DNA of 62,316 nt, filler included. It is 5 parts of 5 records of this genome, joined end to end, with 100 filler letters (N's around TTAATTAATTAA, not from the genome) between each part and the next. Parts side by side here need not be neighbours in the genome. Positions count along the whole stretch, not along the records: positions 1 to 31,955 come from SRR31156797_11178; 4 more parts are not named here. One strand, given 5' to 3'. The notes beneath the pieces are model-generated. The model saw nothing but the letters and a program-made list of their open reading frames with translations, ran no database searches and had not been told where the DNA came from. The number at the start of each line of letters is the position of its first letter. Position 1 is the stretch's first letter. Of the stretch, positions 26,001-29,705 are shown piece after piece. Both the position numbers and the translations under genes were made by a program.

Positions 26001-27645
26001 TAATTTTGATGATCCATCTAAACCGAATGCTACTATTACGAATCTGAATGAAGGTGTTAACTTATTGAAATGGACAATTACACAAGGTCAATGTAGTTTA
26101 GCAGATTCAATAGAAATCATTAATAATACCCCAAGTACTGCAGCGGCAGGACCGGATATTGATGACTGTAAGGATTATGCGCCTTTAGATGCCAATGTAC
26201 CTACTCAAGGAGAAGGATACTGGACTTTAATTTCAGGAAATGCTGAATTTACGGATGAAACAGATCCCAAAACGGTAGTACAAGGTCTTACTTTCGGGCG
26301 AAATGTATTGATGTGGAACATTCAAAAAGGAAGTTGTATCTCAAGAGATTCAGTAGTAGTTACCAATAATATTCCAAGTAAAGCAGAGGCTGGAGCTGAT
26401 AAAGAAACATGTGAGGATTATGTGACTTTAAATGCCAATGTGCCAGAAAACGGATTTGGTACATGGACCGTAATTAGCGGAAGTGGTCAATTCAGTGATA
26501 TTAATAGTCCAACAGCTATAGTTAGTGGACTTGGTTTAGGTGAAAACCGATTGAAGTGGATTGTATCCTACGGAAGTTGTACCACAGAAGATGTGGTGGA
26601 AATAAGAAGTAATAAAGCTTCGCCAGATGCGGGTGAGGATGATATTACCTATGAAGCGTCATATGACCTGAAAGCTTCTAATCCTGGTGATTTGGGAGCA
26701 AGCTGGTCTGTGATTGCAGGTAATGGTTCGTTTGTGGATGAAACTTTCTTTAATACTGAAGTTACGGATCTGAGAGAGGGCATAAATACCTTTAGATGGA
26801 CAATGGATGTGAATGGATGTATATCATACGACGATGTGAGTATTGAGTACAGGGTTGTACCTGATGCAGGTTTTATTGTTGATACAGCACAAGGATGTTA
26901 TCCACTAACGGTTGAATTTACTAATTATTCTCAGGGAGGTTCCAGTTTCGATTGGGACTTTGGAGATGGTCAAACATCTACCGCTAGAAATCCGGTACAT
27001 ACTTATAATGATCCGGGAGAATATACAGTAACATTGACTGCTCCAGGTCCTGATGATGTTGATGGAATCTATCAAAAACTCATCTTGGTACATGATCATC
27101 CGGTAGCTAATTTCAGTTATTCACCGTCGGATACCTTATACATTCCTGATGAAGCTTTAACATGTTACAGCCTATCAGAAGGTGCCGTGACGTACTATTG
27201 GGATTTTGGAGATGGAACAATTTCCTCTCAGGTAAATCCTATCCATAAGTACGTTGAGGGTGGTATTTTTGATATTAGTCTGGAGGTGGAAAGTAAGTAT
27301 GGTTGTGTGGATCAAATGATGAAAATGAATGCAATTGTGGTATTGCAACAAGGATTTGTCGCATTTCCAAATTCGTTTATGCCTCGTCCTGGTGGAGCTT
27401 CAGGTGCAATGGCCGAAGAAAATGCGGTGTTTATACCTAAATCAAAGGATGTTGATCAATACAAACTTCAGATTTATAACCGTTGGGGACAGTTAATATA
27501 TGAAAGTGAGGATATTACTGAAGGTTGGAATGGATTCTTTAATGGAGAGTTAGCTCCACAAGGAGTATATGTATGGAAAGTGAAAGGGCGATTTATCAGT
27601 GGAAAAGAATTTAATGAAGCCGGAAGTGTATTATTAATCAGATAA
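2008..27645 (+). CDS. giant SprB-like surface adhesin, T9SS type B substrate (SprB repeats, Ig-like repeats, 2 PKD, gliding-motility C-terminal domain), 8545 aa
   Basis: Signal peptide ending ILDA-Q; many SprB-type repeats (e.g. NVTCNGGADGEVSLRATGGSGAYDYEYS); two PKD domains with WDFGDG; C-terminal FPNSFMP...IYNRWGQLIYES...WNG...GVYVW...GSVLLIR; PorP/SprF-family gene directly downstream. Alternative start ATG at 2062. Confidence 0.9.
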   Translation: MLHRITHNLNVDVLKRVFMRLGFVASILILSINILDAQTMTVCDESTFTGYDIFEADKTPNGHRSDGEWTTTGGLTFSNINDPNSLITVPASIAAPTNVTVVWTYKNGTSQHSFDIAISASTWVGADPILDVGGSTDDVLLCSKQDVTFTVTPDNESSYLYQFWTVDPATGLNTLVDDDVNIDYTLTSGNYELLDGVYSIVQTITSGCTKQTNQVTISDVSTIQVQVVGGFSVCTSGAVPPVDLEVIPYNTADFEYRWIVNGSEDVPARDDETYTISAFGDYHVEVYSVSGTCPGDPFVSNTVTAQNYDLPTVSIVNTPNSLCTGETEIDLEASLSAAPTNPVEYDWIRNTTLLEDGGVFTYTNSTLPLAGDYKVIIREQGNEECWSESAVHTVTATGITGVSLTENNNVPDFCPSGDPEINVTITGGTPPYTVVFSNDRGLPAQTINNVGANQNVTLNTLSTSGVTNFWISSITDNGGCTFTDVKDAASTNFATFTVDNTIPLTLDASANSNFVCTTGPALVVSIDATGASDTPEDGVVYELQRDKDGDNIFEDTALDSYTGDGVNPITFNSQTVAGTYRVVAKDCLADVVLNNEFVVDAIPQDQVFSTAGIACLSGEVALNNSEDDVAYHLYRDNIATGAVRYGTTGSSVTFGIQTIAGLYTVKAYSPNGTCNIDISGSLRVVNPQTFNLTAVGGVTSYCQGLVPSGISLELDGSEPGNSYQLQYDDGAGGWIDIYAPQSDAGGAALTWTNVPANSYQIEVITPYAGCTTTMGNVTITETPLPTATISIDPLNNSKCDNEVAKTFPILVNLTGTAPYDIVIKDDKTPTSTHSVNAWGSNFYNLYEVSPANTTTYTIQSVTDGNGCVNNAGIGSATVTVKDAPSVSIIGNAAMCDGDVVNLSTSVTNAVGVPTYQWSTTETSNNINVSPASTTNYSVTVTSGNACYATANHNLTVNPLPTPTFNAVSLSYCEDNAPVDLGGNPVGGTFYINGVDIPGTSFTPGNYLTPGNASDAISIYYEVDNGCVGQSATKNATVYALPTVAINNVPAQICSNGGNVTAFGSPAGGSWTVPGAGLSATVVGGNLVIDPTASTLGTLYEIRYDFTDGNGCTQTASVFTTIVDFNPGSLDIDFDATTAGLQAAGTYCPTDAVPIQIQGLVNGAAVSGGTTGTLSGPGISNVDAANGTADFTPFDAGTGTHTIQFDINNGSCNASTTVNVVVGTTLSSTLAASYCQDPAVIETVQFAPAGGTLTITDGEGDSSGAAPVLTDLRPGTDASEYTFSPGAWEALAASGATPAFGGAGTYTFTYAYDDGTGCITTEDFTVEIGATVDASFSGLANNYCVNDAIDVLTPNGAPATISYAGPGIIASTNNFSPPLAGVGTHTITATATSAAGCTETWSQNVTVAGVPNIDITDLDDAYCSDDASLTISASNAGDAGTYNFICTTSPSGLNPLTYTGTGDETDPNAQLATFDPGVDPSLLSWTYYVTYEFTPAGAAGCMTSVTKSVDIYRNESVDFSGILKASYCQGEAVISLNGSEAGGTYYIDGVAWGTGLTDLGGGNAELDPSALAVGAHSVTYEYQRVNVLKNCTNSRTKALTIIDGPVGVYAITGGGPYCLGDPGVTISLDGSTAGVDYDLYLDGTFTGTTVTGPVGGGQIDFTNITALGTYTIKARQGACEKDMLGSVYVETYDLNLGVNSVTNVTCNGGADGEVSLRATGGSGAYDYEYSTDGGTTWLPNTNTAPNVFVGLAADVYDFRIIDQDVNSPCVLDAARTVTVTILEPSGALTVIPTEVQKVGCNCAIDPTQCDGIGKISISGGTKFTDLTSYPSGYQITWPASVSNLSADSLNATGLSAGTYNIVVTDASGCSTTASLIITDEAALGLTYDSQVDNDCYGTNIASATVIANGGSGSYEYSLNSDENWLTGAANYTTPVLSTGAHTIWVRDANHPNCKTSENVNIAGPASALELSVTPTAETCDGLDDGKALLNITGGVGPYQYNLDASGLLIVPTPTPEVSGIAVGPHTIVVQDANGCTISKSFGIDPATPITISGVATPVSCNSSADGQVVLTANPANVNYVYTVDGGAIWQASNVFTGLDSEADNSKTYTFQVRDDIKGCTSADLDVEVTQPRSFTTVHAKSDVTCFGDADGEITLTTTYDVAPVNGGFEYSIDGGSTWKTSPLTGLSSGFYTIQVKDVSNDCIVTYGTVVEIEEPTGGALAATLDAGGKLALECYGAGDGEINIDMGASGWNTAYTYQWNLKSTNEDFGNTEDLNAVNAGKPVNGGTYVLTVTDNGGCSTTFEQIITEPVDWTAIVTTTPNSVPNAASDVAIVGDGTATLNPVSGGSLSENYDYEWFNSGAVSLATSVTTISNLDPGNYYVVITDLTDGCTTTVNFTIIDSSVPLDADFNAVNQPCSEEDGRIEISILSGTPDFTVKYKRDTDPQQTYTVSGSSTVITGQPGVYVIIIEDAAGGSITSTETIGSVMPTTLVTAGPDFVNNCQAEISITPTAPDDINYIATWSTPVGVSGFSDVTLNVANNANAITYSTITVPGDYTLTVQHTSELACSDSYTFTVSDPTISVSEDLSQHKNVTCNGGVNGYLAVDVSGREPGHVFNYVWQNTTTGAAAINTGNKPTLGDTEDVDAGDWTVTVTTFDGTCEETIALQEVTEPNVFAFAGITINDVASCASDNSGSIQVELVGGTLPYEVSITDGTTTTTQNLSTATFTFNNLLAGNYTINARDANNCGLLSTPGTINAPVPISVTAFDGSIDCDGSIVDGEITFNLSGGAIDAQNVSTFAITIEGDNGFSTSKVVNVDWDTDPDPYPYTFNNTTGLEPATYTVKVWDAKREAGTNVTCPLPDFEQDITLSTIVISGDITNKSCNGGTNDGAISNIQITGTSGDYSYAWTPALIPEVNYSALDQSGLPSGTYTLSITDNIRGCIVTKDFIVANDQTLTVSANSSDVSCFNGNDGSIELIPSPAIGNYVYSIDNGATWQTSAVFKNLISDNTDNLETYQALVRNQDYACVSAMLPVDIAQSPEITINPVVQDTQIKCFGGSEASFTASADNGVAGTLFQYAINTDGSGNPIYQDSPSFTGLASGTYPLWVRRLGSDCQVYDPNYITITEPTNGALSISLTDRTDITCVDVQDGAIDITVSGGWGTLAADYTYEWRNKATNVLVGHDANGDVSALAASTYVVTVADAQGCKKTFEETITTPDNWDVLVSTSNNTIPNTPVATGNGTATLSPVTGGTIPASYEYDWYKEDAPGAGTYTLYSTNKTTTALTNLNPANYYVLVSGSVAGCTERVDFTIGDSSIPLAIDVQETNAQCNGTTGIIRVTMTSGTPPYAIAIQRDSDPAITVSTSNSSYLFEDLMAGNYAITVQDGLSGVVTDNVSIIEPGAFTASGSVTYNNCQAELNVSVSAADDYSISWIVPSGEPVIGGETIDNTGTSFTTVNVSGIGTYTYIITNDNTGCTFSDVITVTEPSIVITEETSVHKNVSCYGSDDGFIKVNVTGREPGHLFTYVWTDGTNSYPTGTTPSIGSSDPVTAGSWSVDVTTADGLCTQTLSGIIVAQPADLQVDNIDITHITTCSNDTLGAVEVTITGGTAPYNVVLSNGIVYRSEQASKTSFRFTGLPAGDTYTLTVTDKNTCSAPVEDVIITAPDVLSVSNLQGTIACTGVADGEISFEIDGGLEVAGMHSYDIRIYGDNGFNQSFTKANVATPYTYNTLADFGVLLPGNYTIEVRDAEAAADIYAYCPDPGYTGIITLEQIEIFGSITDKTCSGGTDNGAITNVLVTGTSGNITWEWVYPDLSTSTGVGNPPNLNGIDAGTYTLNITDVARGNCVVSESFDVNNTHTLEITSFTKSDVSCYNGNDGIIELTALPSGGNYMYSIDNGTSWQSSPYFGGLSSDNATNTRTYTAIVDDLNNGCQSLPVNIDIDQLPEIVITVPAPATTNVSCYGGSDGTFTAAASDGAVGTLFEYAITTNGSGLPIYQDSPTFAGLPAGSYPIWVRRKGTSCEAFVNDYVTITEPVSGISVNLNSKTNLSCYDDNIGTIDITVDGGSPVYSFDWRNKDNNVQVANTEDISGLVAGTYEVTVTDALGCSSTFEETITSPAAWNVILTTTDNTIPNTDLGATPNGSALLSPVSGGSTPASYTYDWYVEDAPGAGTYSLFSTDVTTTAYNNLLPANYYVRITGGVIGCEYFEYFTIGDTSKPLAITASATDIVCDGEGGTVTVTMTSGTPPYDISIQRGGDPIQTITTSNSTYTFTNQLSGNYSISVTDDLSGNVTDVATIVAAPVISITGNTSPQNGCLAEVSATATVVNDVDYIGTWTVPTGAAALPVVDPVISGVVVANNVTLPGEYTFTVTHRTDGCSEFITIDVPEPSFTLAEDVSQHKDVTCFGGSDGYISVIASGREPGHLFTYVWSDGTNTYNTGTSPSIGASDPVTAGTWSVEVTSEDGFCTKTLGGIIVDGPNNPLTISALTVNDITTCSADTIGSIEVVVSGGTYPYTVELSSGSETISRTAAKTIFTFANLEAGDYVLNITDGYGCTIAPQNITIDAPEEIVVSNFTGGISCSGANDGYISFDIEGGLAIANANIYRVRIAGDNGYYQEFNVTNPDATLPFSYNTTAGLGGLSADTYTVEISDAQASPQNSGICPNPAFTGIANLSQIQISGQIKDKTCPGGAYNGEIYNARITGGSGDYSWTWTGPNGYSKVGVGDVISIFNLDIGDYEIEVTDNVRGCTVTSSAGQFEIEHQRALIITDYNAKDISCFGGNDGFIVDIETNSSDPASLNYVWLGVDPANTTLSEQTDLTAGYYKVSITDADGCLDSMVVELEEPDQLYFELKNTLSCSPFNQRIYVDNLAGGNGNIANYVYEWRDPDGNLIADNDDEINVSRKGNYTLTITDESGDCSLSRVINVAGKINISLDRQEDITCNGGTGLIEISASGGAADNLFTYNWQQETAAGVWTDVDALGSPLVNGSPVLSNAPAGIYHVVVTAVSVGCSETSLSYDLAATEPDPLTIVNVTPKHISGCKGDLAGEISLQVSGGSGVYSLDYNEDGITDQTSNNGNFSVIGLAAGTYQLRVTDSNGCFTTPALQSVTINEPEELIITVDNVATTIDCSAAGTGVIQFAVSGGNKVAGNPQYKVLVTGQAERTVTNDGQVQTYSNLNAGVYTITVEDMLASEPNACSQLTEVVSLEHIDITSDPIINVTCKGSQDGEINGILIAGSSGDYSFAWTTLDGGLGLDNSTLNQAGLSIGTYRLTITDNIRLCSVSKDFSIISDNNLSMAPTIRDVSCNGGTDGAINIVPNGVVNPTYTWSGLGIVNPNNQNQIGLAAGNYSVKMLATINGKTCEVDSAFTINEPVAITFDTRYEISSCEPYERTLVVENENGGAGNYTYSWGGPAFTPEIPVDPTNVLITKGGNYTITVRDENQCEVSKTLSVPLEISIDTTINDVTCSGGLNGSIVINSITGGSGNFSYLWTTTSGHVFTDNTLLNQDNLRAGTYTLRITDNIEDDGSACFKEYTWTLEPKNPILITPSVIEPSCYGASDGQIEVSIEGGTAPYTYNWSPVVGDNLAANKNQYDLPAGDYNVTVTDANACISTSTISVNQDDQIVLSTNVTETLCDGTAGAIDLTVTGGSGSGFSYNWSSSDGSGLSVNAEDQSGLSGGTYRVEVSDNGPGRSCTATTLVTLTDAIEVINEVVTSVSCSGNDDGSISYDVIGGDGVYTYSWNVISGDDTRIVDGAQNQSGLSEGIYEVTITDGRTDATPSDCAITHTFTIVPTTGLVVNVAVWDSRICFGEPGGSLKAAVTGGSGDYSYYWNGTLGTDSLGDLTQGNYGLRVVDNVLGCEFLDSYEVKGPLAGLSIDNVVVTDVLCRGEATGAIDVTVSGGTLPATGYIYSWTGGTSVATGSNPTNLLAGTYNLTVTDANGCEIHSGDIVVEEPATHIKVDNPQITDVSVPSGSDGQILVDVYDGTAPRSVEWFDATDVSIGNVNPIVGLGSGTYRVVATDANGCLAELSGIRVVEPGEPLAFEKTVHQISPCRDDDSGEININRVFGGFPINGDTYDINITGPGTNINTQGTSYTLSGLAPGTYRVTVSDNVPVTYFEDIVIGEPNELLLTTTKVSDVTCFGTATGEIQVEVSGGLPDAGGNYLVEIRSTEGYFASKADVKANTPFSFTNLPSGDYTVTVLDHAEDFDTKVPDRNNCQKSDFTYIVEPAASVKLTSSGATAICVGEQVDLAIETSNWDFSTQGNLNVTVYDDFTSTTYLVDQSPYLISASPGSSRTFEVTLVEDPLNAGCLFGETTGNQVQVTVHELPTANITGPTEVCEDGSVELSVSFTGKKPFSFTWSDSNNGTSGNMIVYGNDTTFTDIPVSNASYTILTVSDDNGCNNTGNGQVDVNINTKPVVTLTGSTDICIGDNTDLTLTFNEDISPYIVSYKANELEGTLVINSLSALSYTWNVAPTDSTTYVITRVVNGNGCEMDITDPAPATLQATVIVDQLPEALTAITSASYLGEICQGASGIDYSIAPVNYATNYVWSADPDMTITTGNGTTNITLDVTRTFTGGYIRVYAENACGTSPVIERWVNAKVLPDAIVVAPTGDINLCEGETGIMYSITPTQNATSYEWDLPTGFSFQGDSTGTSIIVNLDPLVPSTVGDIRVRPINDCGNNEPWSPALTVTVTPLPVPDAGEDERICQTTYTLNATPLGAGYSGLWEILEGSGQFVNRPVDQVQANAQIYNLSQGINTFVWTVTNDVTGCSLSDTVNIFNDQLTVNAMASKDKVCDGTVVLDGTPLSSFVGADEAYWSTSGGGFIVSSTNENTQVNNLDPGDNTFTWTIRKGACYSTAQVQVINNEPSEAVIYDASDVAVLVYDLPCQTDFTTLKGSIPSAEETGYWRIENGSLTIDDVNSPTINITNIAQGDHQISWNILRGECLSKEVVTIRNNALTVNAGVDMFTCDGTYQLNGSDEHPSDAIGIWSIKDNVGSGFFTDANDPKTMVSGLSQDNSGRNVFTWTVSRNGCQSVDSVVIRNDQPSSAAISGGNSTISVCADEYTLNAIPPVYGNGAWSIIGGQGRFDDPLDPKTRISDLAYGDNILRWTVANNSCSSSVEFTITNLQVEAYAGADTAVCGKIAQLHATPAPDGAIGAWSVVDGLGSGGFQPSEYNPNATISSLSSGTNVLVWSVTRGGCESKDTVVVSNNAPTPVQATQVLETDNSYTDLIAEVPTSGNGVWTLLEGRGDIINPTSPTTRVENLFPNINRFRWTVSNVGCVEYIDVEVTSGALAQAEAGWNQTICEDYTTLQANLPDNTFGEWTVEEGGANFGGQYNNSKVDITNVNPGRNVFRWTLRFVGNGDQFTTDTVVIINNRPSDAYAGIDDIYVCGDTAQLNAQQPIYGTPEWSVLSGSGIFDSTVDPKSIIRNLGKGENILKYEITNGICHSYDTISVYNTEPSDAFAGEDLVVCTDSAEIRPIIPQYGVGKWRVLKGSGKGKDEFGNYTDEITGTYVHALSPGENVLVWEVQVPGSPASCVKRDSITIINNQPTTSFAGQNRAICTDSVTLSANTVEYGIGTWTLISGSGIIEDDLQQNTIVRGLGKGVNRFRWTIDNNGCTSVSDVEISNNLLEAFAGYDQINCADTARLEANNPSPGVGSWGVLGGSGSASFEESDSPYTNVHGLDKGENILTWTIDYKGCQSVSQVSITNNEPSVAYAGDNKATCNNSIVLGASMPTVGTGSWTIRTGGGDFTDDFNPSTLVENLRFGKNVFRWTVDNEGCKSYDDVEIAFNRIDANVGGRQDICSDRTFLEANSALPGRGTWTVEGGSSQAKFIDSHDPTTEVFDLAKGDNLLRWTINYQGCITYDTVRVVNHTPSTAYAGNTQEICEEYTTLDATPVSIGTGRWEILTGAAVITASEALMPKANITGLSKGDNVFRWLVTSDNGLCTSYDDVLVINNKPSVPYAGKDEEYCSPTVVLKAAVPDFGSGNWSILEGGGNFDDPSKPNATITNLNEGVNLLKWTITQGQCSLADSIEIINNTPSTAAAGPDIDDCKDYAPLDANVPTQGEGYWTLISGNAEFTDETDPKTVVQGLTFGRNVLMWNIQKGSCISRDSVVVTNNIPSKAEAGADKETCEDYVTLNANVPENGFGTWTVISGSGQFSDINSPTAIVSGLGLGENRLKWIVSYGSCTTEDVVEIRSNKASPDAGEDDITYEASYDLKASNPGDLGASWSVIAGNGSFVDETFFNTEVTDLREGINTFRWTMDVNGCISYDDVSIEYRVVPDAGFIVDTAQGCYPLTVEFTNYSQGGSSFDWDFGDGQTSTARNPVHTYNDPGEYTVTLTAPGPDDVDGIYQKLILVHDHPVANFSYSPSDTLYIPDEALTCYSLSEGAVTYYWDFGDGTISSQVNPIHKYVEGGIFDISLEVESKYGCVDQMMKMNAIVVLQQGFVAFPNSFMPRPGGASGAMAEENAVFIPKSKDVDQYKLQIYNRWGQLIYESEDITEGWNGFFNGELAPQGVYVWKVKGRFISGKEFNEAGSVLLIR
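8170..16314 (+). repeat. three tandem ~2.7-kb (~900-aa) super-repeats inside the adhesin
   Basis: Units start near 8170, 10888 and 13600. Marker HK(N/D)V(T/S)C...GREPGH(V/L)F(N/T)YVW at 9769, 12490 and 15193; WYxEDAPGAGTY in units 2 and 3. Confidence 0.85.
22093..26856 (+). repeat. array of about 19 tandem ~83-aa Ig-like repeats in the adhesin
   Basis: Recurring AGxDxxxC..xL.A..P..G.G.W....G.G.F.D...P.T.V..L..G.N.(F/L).W.....C...D.V.I; counted by eye. Confidence 0.8.
26860..27642 (+). other. two PKD domains plus type B T9SS C-terminal sorting domain (CHU_C/TIGR04131-like) of the adhesin
   Basis: FDWDFGDGQTSTARNPVHTY and YYWDFGDGTISSQVNPIHKY, followed by the CTD from about 27355. Confidence 0.9.
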
Positions 27646-27653
27646 ATTGAAAG

Positions 27654-27701
27654 GTACTAAAGGGCATTTATTGCTCTTTAGTACTGTTATATATAACAGT
27701 A
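27654..27701 (+). promoter_or_regulatory. overlapping stem-loop and perfect 20-bp palindrome between the adhesin and PorP/SprF genes
   Basis: GTACTAAAGGGCA-TTTAT-TGCTCTTTAGTAC (27654-27684, one G-U pair, no U-tract) overlaps TACTGTTATATATAACAGTA (27682-27701). Confidence 0.55.
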
Positions 27702-27709
27702 ATTAATAA

Positions 27710-28786
27710 ATGATAAAACACAGCATATACATATTTATAACGGTTATTATTTGCTTGAATAGCTATATGAATATTTCGGCACAGGATGCTTCATTTTCGC
27801 AGAATTATGCATCTCCGTTATACCTGAGTCCTTCGTTTACCGGTTTAGCAGATGGAAGTAGGATGACATTGCATTATCGTGATCAGTGGCCAAGTATTCC
27901 TGGAACGTTTAAGACTTTATCTTTCGCATTTGATCATTATTTGGCTGATTTTAATAGTGGGATAGGAATTCAGTTCTATCGTGATGATGCGGGTAATGGT
28001 TTATTGATAAACCAGAATTTTAGTTTTTTATATGCATACGAAATTTATGTGTCGGATAATATGATGATTCGTCCGGGGATTCAATTTAAGTATGCACAGG
28101 ATTTTATTGATCCTACCAAAGCCTTTTTAAGTACACAGCAAAATCCTAACGATGGTTCCAAAGAAGGAAATGATGGAATAGAATCATTAATTAGCCGCGA
28201 CAAAAATAATAAGTTTGACGCTGCTGCTTCAGTGATGATTTACAGTAATTCTTACTGGGGAGGTGTTACTGTTGATCATCTGGTAAAAAGCAATATCAGT
28301 TATGTCGATTTAGTATCTGATATGGGACTTAAGATAACTGCTTTTGGTGGATATAAATGGGTTTATAAAGAGGGGCGCCGAAGAATGCCTGATCAGAGTA
28401 TATCCTTTGCATTTAATTATAGAAAGCAACTCGACTTTACTCAATTAGATTTTGGTACTTATTGGTTATACAACCCTATTGAACTTGGCTTATGGTATAG
28501 AGGTTTACCTGGAAATAACCAAGAAGAATTGCGGAACACAGATGCAATTATTGCAATATTGGGTGTACATGTAGGTAATACCCGAATTGGATATTCCTTT
28601 GATTTAACTATGTCCGATCTTGCTGGAAATACCGGAGGTTCGCATGAATTCTCTATCATGTATACCATACCATCATCGCATAAACCTAAAATTAATCGCA
28701 GTGCTATTCCTTGTTCTGTACCAGGTTATTCGGGAGGTGGAGCTTCGCGTAGTAAATATAGGTCACGATCCAGAAGAATCTTCTAA
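27710..28786 (+). CDS. PorP/SprF-family type IX secretion system membrane protein
   Basis: AQDASFSQNYASPLYLSPSFTG, YRDQWPSI, GIGIQF, IGYSFDLT, GGSHEFSI; directly follows a type B CTD gene. Confidence 0.93.
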   Translation: MIKHSIYIFITVIICLNSYMNISAQDASFSQNYASPLYLSPSFTGLADGSRMTLHYRDQWPSIPGTFKTLSFAFDHYLADFNSGIGIQFYRDDAGNGLLINQNFSFLYAYEIYVSDNMMIRPGIQFKYAQDFIDPTKAFLSTQQNPNDGSKEGNDGIESLISRDKNNKFDAAASVMIYSNSYWGGVTVDHLVKSNISYVDLVSDMGLKITAFGGYKWVYKEGRRRMPDQSISFAFNYRKQLDFTQLDFGTYWLYNPIELGLWYRGLPGNNQEELRNTDAIIAILGVHVGNTRIGYSFDLTMSDLAGNTGGSHEFSIMYTIPSSHKPKINRSAIPCSVPGYSGGGASRSKYRSRSRRIF

Positions 28787-28904
28787 TCATAAATATATAC
28801 GGACTTCAGACATGAAAATTAAGTTTTAATTTTATTGACATTATCGCTAAACTGGATTTTGAGTAAAAAAATTGAAATTAATTTTTAAATATTTGTTATT
28901 AATA

Positions 28905-28912
28905 TATATTTG
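28905..28912 (+). promoter_or_regulatory. Bacteroidota -7 promoter element
   Basis: TATATTTG (TAnnTTTG) about 90 nt upstream of the ompH ATG. Confidence 0.5.
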
Positions 28913-29000
28913 TTGTCCGATTAAAAAGAACGCTTTGGAAGACTAAAAACTTGAACAGTTTTTGATATTCATAAGTAGCTTAAACACTAAAAGTATTAAA

Positions 29001-29615
29001 ATGAAGAAAAACTTACAGTTTGTTAATTTCGCATTTATATTAGGAATGGCATCAATGATGATTGTTGGATGTCAACCAACTGGTAATACGAGTGCTCCTG
29101 CAAGTGAAGGAGAAACAGCAGTTATTGCTAAGGGAGAAACTTTTCCAATTGCATATATTGATACAGATTCTTTATTAAGAGAGTATGATTTAGCTATTAA
29201 TCTTCAGGAAGAATTATTAAAAAAAGAGGAGAAGTCTCGTACTGATTTTAACGAGCAAGCTAAGAAACTGCAAACTCAAATGGCGGAATTTCAACGTAAG
29301 GTTCAAAATAATGGCTTTTTATCTCGCCAGCGAGCAGAGCAGGAGCAAAGAAATTTAATGGCTAAAGATCAGGAGCTACAAAACCTGAATTCTAAATTAT
29401 CTCAGGAGTTAATGGTTGAACAGGAAAACCTGAACAAGGAGTTGCGCGATACCTTAACTAATTACTTAAAAGAATTAAATGCAGACGGACGTTATAAATT
29501 AATTTTAAGTAATACGCTAGGAGATAATGTACTTTATAGTGCCGAAGGTATAAATATTACACCTCAGGTAACAGAGGCTTTAAATAAGCGTTACGAGGCA
29601 AGTAAGGCAAAATAG
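29001..29615 (+). CDS. ompH: OmpH/Skp-family outer membrane chaperone, predicted lipoprotein
   Basis: IAYIDTDSLL motif, long coiled coil, YKLILS...VLYS...NITPQVTEALN; lipobox-like MIVGC. ATG at 29001; ORF track starts at 28962. Confidence 0.88.
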   Translation: MKKNLQFVNFAFILGMASMMIVGCQPTGNTSAPASEGETAVIAKGETFPIAYIDTDSLLREYDLAINLQEELLKKEEKSRTDFNEQAKKLQTQMAEFQRKVQNNGFLSRQRAEQEQRNLMAKDQELQNLNSKLSQELMVEQENLNKELRDTLTNYLKELNADGRYKLILSNTLGDNVLYSAEGINITPQVTEALNKRYEASKAK

Positions 29616-29659
29616 CTTACAGTTCTAAAAAGAACGTTATAAAATAACAATATATAATC

Positions 29660-29690
29660 AGGCAGATTCTTAACGGAATCTGCCTTTTTT
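29660..29690 (+). terminator. rho-independent terminator after ompH
   Basis: AGGCAGATTC-TTAACG-GAATCTGCCT followed by a T-run. Confidence 0.8.
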
Positions 29691-29705
29691 GAATAATTAA
29701 TAGCG

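Noticed and set aside
4076-27099. Many short antisense or off-frame ORFs inside the adhesin gene
   Set aside because: Shadow ORFs produced by biased codon usage; no motifs or start signals.
27682-27701. Palindrome matches the CTGT-N8-ACAG LexA/SOS box
   Set aside because: That box belongs to Gamma/Betaproteobacteria, this contig is Bacteroidota-like, and the downstream gene is not a repair gene. Kept only as an unexplained palindrome.
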